From Nitrospirota bacterium (GTDB taxonomy: Bacteria > Nitrospirota > UBA9217), in NCBI GenBank assembly GCA_963737155.1, contig CAVTRN010000002.1, positions 1,824,001 to 1,888,000 on the forward strand: a stretch of DNA of 64,000 bases, in the 5' to 3' direction. The notes under the pieces are model-generated. The model saw only the letters and a program-made list of their open reading frames with translations. It searched no databases and was not told the origin of the DNA. Each line of letters starts with the position of its first letter. Position 1 is the stretch's first letter. The position numbers and the translations under genes are program-made. Below are positions 52,224 through 61,092 of the stretch, in pieces.

Positions 52224-52542
52224 ATCTGGCCCCTCTTTGTTAGGCATCTTTTTATTGACGCAATGGGATTGAGGAGAATGCCCATACTGAGGGAAATATC
52301 CTGTTTTAGGATAACCTTTGTGAAATTTCCACCTAACAGAGAGCAGCTTCCGAACTATGAACGCCCGTTCGCATTCAGCAATCTGGCAACCCCGCCGGAA
52401 CTAACCCGGCATTGTCTGTGCTCTCATCCACACTCTGATTTATGCTATAGTTTTGACAGTATTTTTGAGTCCGGTTAAGAATATTAATTTTATATTATGC
52501 GATACTATACAAATAATATAATAATACTAAAGGAGAATATAA

Positions 52543-52701
52543 ATGGGAAAATGGCAATGCATGATCTGCAACTGGATTTATGATCCGGCTCTAGGGGATC
52601 CTGATGGAGGAGTAGCACCTGGAACCCCTTTTGAACAAATTCCCGATACGTGGGTCTGTCCGGTATGCGGTGCAACCAAGGATTCCTTCGCAAAAGCATG
52701 A
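52543..52701 (+). CDS. Rubredoxin (below the ORF-track length cut-off)
   Basis: AAGGAG RBS; [52 protein letters not shown]. Confidence 0.96.
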   Translation: MGKWQCMICNWIYDPALGDPDGGVAPGTPFEQIPDTWVCPVCGATKDSFAKA

Positions 52702-52807
52702 TTCGTTTGGATTAATCTGCCCATCTCAGGCAATCAGGCAAATAAATGATACTTAGTTAATTCAATCTTCTTCACAGGGAGTGCAAGAAGCAAGGAGTTC
52801 TATCCAC

Positions 52808-53704
52808 ATGCGATCATTCAGGGATATCAAGCACGATTACCGCTTTACGGCAGAGGATGAAAGTAGACTCGCTGAGCTGCGTCCACTCATGGAGGAGCAC
52901 ACCGATGAAATCATGGGGACACTCAGTCTATGGATCATGGGGACAAAGGGGGCTTCTCAGTTTTTCACTGAGGAATCGAGAAAAAAACATGTGTTCGGAG
53001 CACAACGGGAATGGTTCCTTGATCTTTTTTCTGGCAAGTACGACAACCGCTATTATGAAAAGCTGATCAGGATTGGGGCAGCGCATGTGAAACACAAAGT
53101 GGACACCCATTATATGAATCGCGCAGTAAACTTGGTGAAAAACGCCTGCGTAGGGGTTCTCCAGCAGTTAGAGGAGAACAAGGTGGAAGCTACCAACAAG
53201 ATCATATCCGTGGGGAAAATCCTCGACATCAGCCTCGATGTGATTACAAGTTCCTATATTGAGGCAGAAATCAGCTTCTATCAACCGGTCTACCGGATTA
53301 AGAGCGCTCTCATTACTTTTTCCGAGAGGTTCTCCCAGACCACTAACCTCGTACTGGTGCTTGCGCTTATGGGCCTCACCATCGGCGCTATATGGCTTTT
53401 TGTACAGGATGTGATGCATCTGTTAAGTGGCGATGTGGCCGGCGGGATCATATCGGCACTGGGGTCTATGCTGCTGCTCTGGCTCATGATAGAACTCATG
53501 AATACCGAAATCTCCCATCTTAAGGGAGGCAAATTCCATATCAGCGTGTTCGTGGGTGTTGCGCTCGTAACCATGATCCGTGAAACAATGATCGCCACGC
53601 TCAAGCATGAGAAGCCGGAAGCCATATATTATCTCATCGCCGCCATCCTGGTAATCGGCTTCGTCTACTGGATCGTTACTAAGGCCGAGGAGCAAAATTC
53701 CTAA
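52808..53704 (+). CDS. Protoglobin/sensor-globin domain fused to a PsiE-like membrane domain
   Basis: Globin motif WFLDLFSGKYDNRYYEKLIRIGAAHVK with the proximal His, and KILD. C-terminal four transmembrane helices with IELMNTE...FVGVALVTMIRE. Confidence 0.85.
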   Translation: MRSFRDIKHDYRFTAEDESRLAELRPLMEEHTDEIMGTLSLWIMGTKGASQFFTEESRKKHVFGAQREWFLDLFSGKYDNRYYEKLIRIGAAHVKHKVDTHYMNRAVNLVKNACVGVLQQLEENKVEATNKIISVGKILDISLDVITSSYIEAEISFYQPVYRIKSALITFSERFSQTTNLVLVLALMGLTIGAIWLFVQDVMHLLSGDVAGGIISALGSMLLLWLMIELMNTEISHLKGGKFHISVFVGVALVTMIRETMIATLKHEKPEAIYYLIAAILVIGFVYWIVTKAEEQNS

Positions 53705-53785
53705 GCAAGATGGCCTGGTACTATGATTTATGTCATACCGGATCGATTCGGATGATGTTACGATTGTTCCTGCAGGGGAGGACCT

Positions 53786-54373
53786 ATGGATAAGAAAGAT
53801 GATTTCAACTGCTCGTTGGCAGAAAATGATATCAGGGCGGCCCTGCTGGAAATGAAATCCTATGTGGATGTGACTGAAGAGGATCTGAAAAAAATCTACG
53901 AAATCGCCCTTCGACATGCGAAGGAGCGAATAAGCATGCGGATCCCAGTACAAAACGTGATGACGACAAGGGTCATAACAGTCAAAGGGAATACTGATTT
54001 ACAGGAAGCGGCTCGGCTTCTATCAGAAAACCGGATCAGCGGCATGCCCGTCGTGGATGATGCAAACAAAGTGATCGGAGTGATCAGCGAGGCAGACCTC
54101 CTTGTATTGGCCGGGATGCAGAAGGAGCATTCCTTCAGGGACATCCTGCGGAGCATCCTTGGAGAACGAGTACCGACGCGGAAAAGGGGGGACAAAGTGC
54201 AAGATGTTATGAGCTTCCCTCCGATAACGAGTAAGGCCGATGACGACATGAAAGAAGTGGCTCAGATTTTTAATGAACGACGGATCAAGCGCCTTCCCGT
54301 TGTCGACAATGATGGGACATTGCTTGGCATCATTTCTCGTGCTGATATCGTCAGGGCATTTGGACGGAAATAA
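53786..54373 (+). CDS. CBS-pair domain protein with HPP-type linker
   Basis: DIRAAL..MKSYVDVTEEDL linker, VQNVMT, ISGMPVVD, IKRLPVVD...GIISRADI. Confidence 0.9.
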   Translation: MDKKDDFNCSLAENDIRAALLEMKSYVDVTEEDLKKIYEIALRHAKERISMRIPVQNVMTTRVITVKGNTDLQEAARLLSENRISGMPVVDDANKVIGVISEADLLVLAGMQKEHSFRDILRSILGERVPTRKRGDKVQDVMSFPPITSKADDDMKEVAQIFNERRIKRLPVVDNDGTLLGIISRADIVRAFGRK

Positions 54374-54610
54374 TATTTCTAACAATAGCAATAGCGAGGA
54401 AATGGTCGACAAACGCAGTTAAAGTCAGAAAATACTATTTTTTACTGGTCAACAATGATAAATCAAAGGTTTAAATATTATTCGTAATATATTGTATAAT
54501 TTAAATTTATATACTTAATGTATTAGTTTAATATTGTCAACTTGCTCGTAAGATGACAAAACGTGTCTTCGATTCCGATTTAATCACCGAAGTAACGAAC
54601 GAGGTAGCGC

Positions 54611-55156
54611 ATGATTTTCGCAAGTTACATATCCAAAATGAAAGGTGGTGCAAAATGTCCGCCGTCAGGGCCAGTTCAAGAGATATTATGGTCCTGGATC
54701 GGTGCAGCTATCGGCATCGGTCTTTGCGCCTATATATCATCACGTTATCTTGAGCCACGGGACCTGTCTTTGCTTATCGGCTCTTTCGGCGCCTCAGCGG
54801 TCTTAGTGTATGCGGCCATCAGAAGTCCACTTGCTCAGCCGAGAAATCTCGTGGGCGGTCATGTAATATCGGGCATTGCCGGCGTGGCATGTTATCAGCT
54901 TTTCGGGGATACCGTCTGGATTGCCGCCGCAATGGCAGTGTCATTGGCCATCGCGGTCATGCTAGTAACAAGAACGCTCCATCCACCCGGAGGAGCAACT
55001 GCACTAATTGCAGTAATCGGAGGAAATAAAGTCCATAATCTCGGGTTTCTTTATGCCATCATTCCAGCGGGAGCCGGAGCAATGGTTCTGCTGATCGTTG
55101 CTTTGTTTGTAAATAATCTGTCAAAAAACAGAAGATATCCAGAATACTGGTTCTGA
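54611..55156 (+). CDS. HPP family membrane protein
   Basis: SFGASAVL, SPLAQPRN..GGH, LHPPGGATAL, RRYPEYW. Confidence 0.95.
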   Translation: MIFASYISKMKGGAKCPPSGPVQEILWSWIGAAIGIGLCAYISSRYLEPRDLSLLIGSFGASAVLVYAAIRSPLAQPRNLVGGHVISGIAGVACYQLFGDTVWIAAAMAVSLAIAVMLVTRTLHPPGGATALIAVIGGNKVHNLGFLYAIIPAGAGAMVLLIVALFVNNLSKNRRYPEYWF

Positions 55157-55180
55157 ATCGACTCGTACCACAAACAGCGA

Positions 55181-55222
55181 TATTTATTAAAAAAGCCCTC
55201 GTTTAGGCTTTTTTAATAAATA
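55181..55222. terminator. Bidirectional intrinsic terminator
   Basis: Perfect 17 bp inverted repeat TATTTATTAAAAAAGCC / GGCTTTTTTAATAAATA between the convergent HPP and Rrf2 genes. Confidence 0.75.
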
Positions 55223-55294
55223 AGAATAATATTAAGCACACTTAAGCGGCAACTATTCAATCTTCTTCATAATTTTGTCTTTGCTGAATAATGT

Positions 55295-55687
55295 TTACAT
55301 TAATGAGGCAATGGTCTGTTTCCGAAGCCGCTTTTCCACTTCCTTCCTGATGCCTACCCATACAGGATGAACGGAGCAGTTGGCGCTTAATCTGCAATTT
55401 TTGCTGTCGATGACGCAGACGTTGATGGTGGCTGGCCCCTGGATTGACATCATAATATCAAGAAGGCTGATACCTGTAGGTTTCTTTGCTAGCTTGAAAC
55501 CTCCCTTTACTCCTCTTGTGGATATAAGGATGTTGTTTTTTGTCAGACGCTGAAGAATTTTTGCCAGAAAGCTCTTAGGAATGTGCATGGCATGAGCTAC
55601 TTCTGTCACGTTCGCAGTGCGATGTCCCTCTCGGGCAAGGTACAGGATTGTGCGAACTGCATAATCTGTTTCGCGGGTAACCAGCAT
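55295..55687 (-). CDS. Rrf2 family transcriptional regulator (Fe-S type)
   Basis: TDYAVR, FLAKILQRL, STRGVKGGF, and three Cys in INVC..DSKNC..SANCSVH. Confidence 0.93.
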   Translation of the reverse strand: MLVTRETDYAVRTILYLAREGHRTANVTEVAHAMHIPKSFLAKILQRLTKNNILISTRGVKGGFKLAKKPTGISLLDIMMSIQGPATINVCVIDSKNCRLSANCSVHPVWVGIRKEVEKRLRKQTIASLM

Positions 55688-55690
55688 AAT

Positions 55691-56302
55691 CTATTTCATC
55701 TCCTCGAATATTTTGCCGACAATTTTAGCCGACGGCTTTAGTGTCTTGTCACCCTCTTTTTTCCATTGGGCAGGGCATACTTCAGCGGGATTGGAGGCCA
55801 GATGAATATTCGCCTCGAGCTTCCGCATGAGTTCATCGACATTTCTACCCAAATTATAAAAATTAACCTCAGCATTCAGTAGAATGCCATCGGGGTTTAT
55901 AATAAAGGTGCCCCGGAGGGCATTCCCACTCGCATCATCATAGATACCAAAGAGTTTCGCCAGGGTGCCGGTACGGTCAGCACCCATGGGGTAAGCGACT
56001 TTTTCGAGCATTTTTTCTTCCCGTTGCCATGCAAGGTGGACAAATTTGGTGTCCGTACTCACGGTAATGAGCTCGGCCCTTAATGTTTTAAATTTCTGGT
56101 ACTGTTCTGCCAATGCAGCAAACTCAGTGGCGCAGACAAAAGTAAAGTCAGCAGGGTAGAAAAAAAGAATTGTCCATTTTTGTGACGCTTTCAAGCCTGC
56201 AAGATAGATTTCGCCGAAATCGGCTTTCGTTGGGTCAAAAATATCGAGTTTGAAATCCGGCACGTGACTGCCTACGCGAATAGAACAACAATCGTTTGAC
56301 AT
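55691..56302 (-). CDS. Peroxiredoxin (AhpC/PrxU-like)
   Basis: FFYPADFTFVCATE, STDTKFVHLAW, RGTFIINPDG, GRN, EVCPAQW. Confidence 0.93.
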   Translation of the reverse strand: MSNDCCSIRVGSHVPDFKLDIFDPTKADFGEIYLAGLKASQKWTILFFYPADFTFVCATEFAALAEQYQKFKTLRAELITVSTDTKFVHLAWQREEKMLEKVAYPMGADRTGTLAKLFGIYDDASGNALRGTFIINPDGILLNAEVNFYNLGRNVDELMRKLEANIHLASNPAEVCPAQWKKEGDKTLKPSAKIVGKIFEEMK

Positions 56303-56591
56303 GATGTACCTCCCTCGTTAATTCAGGATGATTAAAACCTTATATATAGAAGAGCAGACGCTGTAATCAACTGACTTTTTCTCATATCATGTACTCCAAT
56401 GAGCACCGGAAAAGGAACCTCTATCAAAATAGGCTTAACTCACAAAAGTCATTTGGTGATATTATGAGTTAAGAACAACTTGCTGTTCCAAGTATATCAT
56501 AATTGTTTTGATTAAATAATGCAGAATTCTTGGGGATATTCACCGTTTTCCTTGGAGCTTGTATGCGATATCTTGACCGAGTGGGAAAGAA

Positions 56592-57806
56592 ATGAAGGAG
56601 ATGACAAAAATGCCTGGTTCAGATACTATGGGTTTCATGAAGGGTAAACAGCCGCTAGAACAGCAGAAGAAAATCTTCCCAAAAACAATAAAAGGTATCT
56701 TCCAATCACGGCCAAACCGTTTCATTGTTGAGTGCATAATTGGCAATAAATCCGAATGGGCCTATCTTCCAAATCCTGGAAGGCTCTGGGAATTGTTTTT
56801 CCCAGGTAGCGTCCTGTATCTGGTCGAACATAACTCCGGTTATAAAAGAAGTACCAGATACACAGTTGTGGCTGTTGAACGTAATGGAATCCCGATCATG
56901 CTTCACACGCATGTAAATAATCTTGTTGCGGCACAATTGATCGAAGAAAACAGAATTCCTGGCTTGGAAAACGCAGAAATTGTGAAGCCGGAAGTCACTA
57001 TCGGAAACAGCAGATTCGATTTTCTGCTGAAACAAGACGGAGAAAATGTCGTTCTCGAAGTCAAGTCCTGCACGCTCGTGGGGAACTCCATTGCGATGTT
57101 TCCCGATGCTATAACAACGCGGGGAACGAAACATCTGCTTGAACTGGCGAGGTTGGCGGAAGAGGGTACAAAAACCGCGGTCGTCTTCCTTGTCCACTGG
57201 CCCAAGTCGCACTACTTCATGCCTGAGCATCATACCGACTTCGTTTTTTCGAAAACGCTCTTATCGGTAAAGGGTGTCGTCTTGGTAAAAGCCGTGTCTA
57301 TCGCATGGGATAAAGGGCTTTTGCGCGGCCAGACGCGGGAACTCGTGATTCCTTGGCAGTTGATCGGACAGGAAACCAGTGACAGTGGAAGTTACCTGAT
57401 CATTCTTAGACTGAAAAGTGGACGGCGTCTGTCGACAGGCATGCTGGGTAAAGTAAGATACAACAAGGGATATTATATCTACGTCGGTTCGGCAAAGACA
57501 AACCTTACGCAACGCATCGCGCGCCATCGGAGACTCATCAAACAACATCATTGGCATATCGATTACCTGAGATCGGCCGCGGATTTTCATGCTGCGTTGC
57601 CGATTCGAGCAAGCGATGACCTTGAGTGCGAGATCGCATCAGCTTTGGGGAAAATTGCAGATTGGGCCATAAGGGATTTCGGGGCCTCTGATTGCTGCTG
57701 CGATAGCCATCTTTTTGGAATGGATGAAGACCCCGTGCACAACAAAGCTTTCATCAGTCTTCTGCAATACTACAGGATCGATAGGCTCGAGAAATATCTT
57801 TCATAA
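56592..57806 (+). CDS. sfsA: SfsA nuclease fused to a DUF123/GIY-YIG domain
   Basis: RPNRF, LPNPGRL, SRFDF, EVKSCTL and FPDAITTRG.KHL, followed by GSY, YIYVGSA, HWHIDYL and FGASDC.C.SHL. The exact start is uncertain. Confidence 0.88.
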   Translation: MKEMTKMPGSDTMGFMKGKQPLEQQKKIFPKTIKGIFQSRPNRFIVECIIGNKSEWAYLPNPGRLWELFFPGSVLYLVEHNSGYKRSTRYTVVAVERNGIPIMLHTHVNNLVAAQLIEENRIPGLENAEIVKPEVTIGNSRFDFLLKQDGENVVLEVKSCTLVGNSIAMFPDAITTRGTKHLLELARLAEEGTKTAVVFLVHWPKSHYFMPEHHTDFVFSKTLLSVKGVVLVKAVSIAWDKGLLRGQTRELVIPWQLIGQETSDSGSYLIILRLKSGRRLSTGMLGKVRYNKGYYIYVGSAKTNLTQRIARHRRLIKQHHWHIDYLRSAADFHAALPIRASDDLECEIASALGKIADWAIRDFGASDCCCDSHLFGMDEDPVHNKAFISLLQYYRIDRLEKYLS

Positions 57807-57895
57807 ACATCACCCATTATACTTATTCTGATGGGTTTTCCTGAAAAGTTGGTGCCTAAACTAAAATAAACGAGGGATGGTTTCAGGATCGCATC

Positions 57896-58282
57896 TTACC
57901 TTTTCGCGAGGCTTTTATCTTCAAGAGATTTAAAAATCATGTCCAGTACTGTTTTTTGCTGGCCCTCATGTTTGTTGAGCACTGCCAGACAGCTTCCCAT
58001 GGGAAACCGCTCATGCAGGTAATTGGCATCATGTCCGGACAAGATGACAATACGATTCTTGCTCAGACCTTTAGAGACGGCATAGGCCAGGATTTTTGAA
58101 CCGTCCAGACCGGGCATCTCTAGATCTACTAGCAGAAGATCTAGGTCCTTCGAGATAGAGGTGAGACATTTGACCGGATCATTGCAGGTCAGCACCTGGA
58201 GGCCGGGATAGCCTTCTGCCACGTATTCATCAAGCAATTTGAGAAAAGCCGCATCATCGTCAATCAGAAGAATTCGACCCAT
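57896..58282 (-). CDS. Single-domain response regulator (receiver)
   Basis: MGRILLIDDD, LLVDLEMPGLDG, ILSG, LNK. A GAGGAG RBS precedes ATG 58282. Confidence 0.88.
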   Translation of the reverse strand: MGRILLIDDDAAFLKLLDEYVAEGYPGLQVLTCNDPVKCLTSISKDLDLLLVDLEMPGLDGSKILAYAVSKGLSKNRIVILSGHDANYLHERFPMGSCLAVLNKHEGQQKTVLDMIFKSLEDKSLAKR

Positions 58283-58319
58283 CTGCTTGCTCCTCATTAT
58301 TGATATCCTATGCGGCCTG

Positions 58320-58527
58320 CAGACCGAGGATTCCCGAATCAGGCTCTGCAACTGCTGAGAACCACTGCAGATTCTGTTCATGAATGCGGCAGAAATGGTT
58401 GCCACATCCTCGGTTACTGGCTGATGTAGCTTGCCCGGCTTTATTTTCCCCAGCAAACCGGTTAACCGCGGGTTGTTTCGCCCGAGTGCTTAGCGAATGC
58501 AGCCGGCGATGCCAGAGAGGTTGCTTT
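58320..58527 (-). pseudogene. Possible relic of a histidine kinase DHp (HisKA) segment
   Basis: KSNLSGIAGCIR* followed in frame by ...AFMNRICSGSQQLQSLIRES. It lies upstream of the receiver gene and is abutted by a palindromic mini-element. Confidence 0.35.
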
Positions 58528-58540
58528 TTTATTTAAATTG

Positions 58541-58655
58541 AGATTCCCTGTAGCTTGCCGCATAGAGGGAAGAGTTTGAGAAACCGCAGGTTTTTCATAA
58601 GATAATCGTCTTCCTTTTTATAAATACCTCGCAGCTTGCTGCGGGGAGCTTCACT
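58541..58655 (-). mobile_element. Miniature IS200/IS605-like palindromic element (copy 1, degenerate)
   Basis: Minus strand reads GTGAAGCTCCCCGCAGCAAGCTGCGAGGTAT ... TCTTCCCTCTATGCGGCAAGCTACAGGGAAT, the same two-hairpin layout as copy 2. Confidence 0.6.
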
Positions 58656-58979
58656 TGGCGGTATCAAGACGTAATAGATGGGTATTTTGCCTATGGTGTC
58701 CAAGACTTCCTTTATAGGCCACATGGCTGTGTTCCAGAGCTTTGTTGCAGAGAAACAGAGTAACCTGAGTAAAAGGGCAGTTTTTTTGTCGGTTACCGAT
58801 GCTCTGCCGGTGTCAATCCTAGTTTTCAAATCAGACTCTTTAGTAGACTCAACCATACATTAATAAACGTATCATACACATGGACATTTGTAAACCCAAA
58901 TACTAAAACGTAGCGTTTTTATTAGGGGTTTTATGCCAGCGGCAGTTGTTGTTCGTCTGAAAAAGCTGTGAAATAAGTG

Positions 58980-59294
58980 TTAGTCCACCGGCGTAACAAC
59001 AGCTATGACCACAAGTTTTTCTCCCTTGTCAGCAGCAAAACCGTGGGGAACGTTAGGATCGCAGAGGATGCAGGTCTTTTCATCTGCCTCTATTTTCTCA
59101 TCACCGACGGTGAACGTTCCTTTCCCCTGCACACAGTACATCATAAGCCTCAGCGGCGCCTTATGAGGTTCCAGCTTTTGGCCGGCTTCTAGGCACATGA
59201 GGGCGATTCGCATCTCAGGCTTGTCCGAAAGCATTTCACGCGTGATCCTGTCAGAACTAAATTTTATGAGTTTTTTGAGATCAAGTATTTCCAT
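58980..59294 (-). CDS. Cupin domain protein
   Basis: CLEAGQ...HKAP, CVQGKGTFTVG, NVPHGF; AGGAGG RBS. Confidence 0.88.
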   Translation of the reverse strand: MEILDLKKLIKFSSDRITREMLSDKPEMRIALMCLEAGQKLEPHKAPLRLMMYCVQGKGTFTVGDEKIEADEKTCILCDPNVPHGFAADKGEKLVVIAVVTPVD

Positions 59295-59517
59295 GGTACC
59301 TCCTGACGACTGGTTTAGTATTGATTTATTCTTTCAAAATATACTACCAAGTCCGAGACAGGTATTCTATGACATGCATCATACGAGGCCAGAAGACGCA
59401 TTCAGATAAAAGATGTTCAGTGAGTATCTAACAGAAATGCACAATTTGAAAAAATAACCAATGTGCCGGATTTTTTAACGAATTGAGACTGATTAAAGAG
59501 CCTGTTGCATAAATCAT

Positions 59518-59546
59518 TTGACATTAATATACGAATAGTATAGTAT
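59518..59546 (+). promoter_or_regulatory. Transposase promoter inside the IS left end
   Basis: TTGACA-N17-TAGTAT followed by an AAGGAGG RBS. Confidence 0.6.
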
Positions 59547-59575
59547 TGGTCATCACGCATATAAGGAGGCGTTTG

Positions 59576-60961
59576 ATGGCCTACAATTTCAAAGACTGTA
59601 ACCGAGATCAAGTATATCTCATGCCGCCCACCTTGCAGGAGTGGCTGCCATCCAAGGACCTTGTTTGGATGGTCCTTGACGTCGTGGCAGAAATGGATCT
59701 TACGGCATTCTACCGAAAATACCGCCAGGACGGAAAAGGCCAGGCAGCTTTTGAGCCGTCAATGATGGTCTCCCTGCTGTTATATGCCTACAGCCTCGGT
59801 ATCCGATCATCCCGTGAGATTGAGAAGCTGTGCGAACGGGACATCGGGTTCAAGGTAATTGCTGCCAACCAGGTTCCGGACCACTGCACCATCAGCCGAT
59901 TTTGGAAGGACAACGGCCAGGCACTGGAGGGGCTGTTCAAACAGATGCTCAAGCTCTGCAAGGAAGCCGGGCTCGTCAAAGTCGGCATCGTGGCCCTTGA
60001 CGGGAGCAAGATAAAGGCTAACGCAGCCCTGGAAGCCAACCGCACGTACGAGCATATCGAGCAGGAAGTGAAGAGAATGCTCGATGAAGCGGAGGCCAAG
60101 GACACCGAGGAAGACCGGCAGTACGGCCAAAACAAACGCGGCGATGAACTTCCTGATGAACTTGCCGACCGGACCAGCCGCAGAGCCCGCCTTGCCGCGT
60201 GCAAGAAGCGGTTGGAAGAACAGGCTGCAGAGGCAGCAGCCGAGCAACAGTCAAAGATCGAAGAACGACAGGCCCAAGAGGCTGAAACCGGCAACAAGAA
60301 ACGGGGCCGCAAACCTCAGGAGCCTGATCCGACGCCATCGTCGGAAGCGAAGGCCAATATGACTGATCCGGACAGCAGGATCATGAAAACCCGAAGCGGA
60401 TATGTTCAGGGCTACAACAGCCAGGCCGTGGTCACCAAGGAGCAGATCATCATCGCCGCCGAGGTCACGAACCAGGAAAACGACATCAACCAGCTGCATC
60501 CCATGATCCAGAAGGCCCAGGAGAACTTAAACGAGATCGCCCTGCAAAAAGAACTGAAGATCGAAATATCTCTGAGCGATGCCGGCTACGCAAGTGAGAA
60601 GAACTTTGCGGCCATCACTCCCGACGGTCCCGAACATCTTATCGCAACCAAGAAAGACTGGAAGCAACGTAAAGAGGCCGCCGCATCATCCCCGCCCCAA
60701 GGGAGAATACCAAAAAGCCTGACACTCCGGCAGAGGATGGAGAGGAAGCTCCTGACCAAGCGGGGCAGAGAGCTTTATAAGAAACGAGGCCAGACCGTCG
60801 AACCGATCTTTGGCCAGATTAAAGACAATCGCGGCATCCGGCACTACATGCGCCGAGGGATTGAAGCCTGCTCCCAGGAATGGAAACTCATCTGCGCGAC
60901 GCACAATCTCTTGAAGCTTTGGCGAAGCGGCAAAGGGATTGCGGCCCAGATGGCAGTATAA
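59576..60961 (+). CDS. IS1182 family DDE transposase
   Basis: GIRSSREIE, PDHCTISRF, ALDGSKIKANA, TDPDSRIM, GYNSQ, DAGY, YKKRGQTVEPIFGQIK; uninterrupted ORF. Confidence 0.95.
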   Translation: MAYNFKDCNRDQVYLMPPTLQEWLPSKDLVWMVLDVVAEMDLTAFYRKYRQDGKGQAAFEPSMMVSLLLYAYSLGIRSSREIEKLCERDIGFKVIAANQVPDHCTISRFWKDNGQALEGLFKQMLKLCKEAGLVKVGIVALDGSKIKANAALEANRTYEHIEQEVKRMLDEAEAKDTEEDRQYGQNKRGDELPDELADRTSRRARLAACKKRLEEQAAEAAAEQQSKIEERQAQEAETGNKKRGRKPQEPDPTPSSEAKANMTDPDSRIMKTRSGYVQGYNSQAVVTKEQIIIAAEVTNQENDINQLHPMIQKAQENLNEIALQKELKIEISLSDAGYASEKNFAAITPDGPEHLIATKKDWKQRKEAAASSPPQGRIPKSLTLRQRMERKLLTKRGRELYKKRGQTVEPIFGQIKDNRGIRHYMRRGIEACSQEWKLICATHNLLKLWRSGKGIAAQMAV

Positions 60962-61092
60962 AGAACGAAAACGACAGCTGATTCATGCCGTGTGCTTCGC
61001 AGAGATACCCCATTTGCAGTCTGGCACTATCCCATATGGGCGATCATAAACGGCTACGCTGGCATTTGAGCAACAAGCTCTAAAGCAGGTTA

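Larger units (their letters stand above)
59498..61080 (+). mobile_element. Complete IS1182-family insertion sequence (1583 bp)
   Basis: Terminal inverted repeats GAGCCTGTTGCATAAAT and ATTTGAGCAACAAGCTC (14/17 match), flanked by a TAAA direct repeat at 59494-59497 and 61081-61084. Confidence 0.92.

Noticed and set aside
52263-52478. 71 aa ORF after rtcB
   Set aside because: No recognisable motifs, and it overlaps the predicted RNA structure; not called as a CDS.
56120-56145. Selenocysteine recoding in the peroxiredoxin
   Set aside because: The peroxidatic codon is TGC (Cys), not TGA.
58450-58520. GEMM-like motif (GCAAACC...ATGCAGCCGG) on the + strand
   Set aside because: Core stems do not form and no + strand gene follows.
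58533-58856. 107 aa minus-strand ORF
   Set aside because: Its C-terminal part (EAPRSKLRGI...) is just the translated palindromic element; no recognisable domain.
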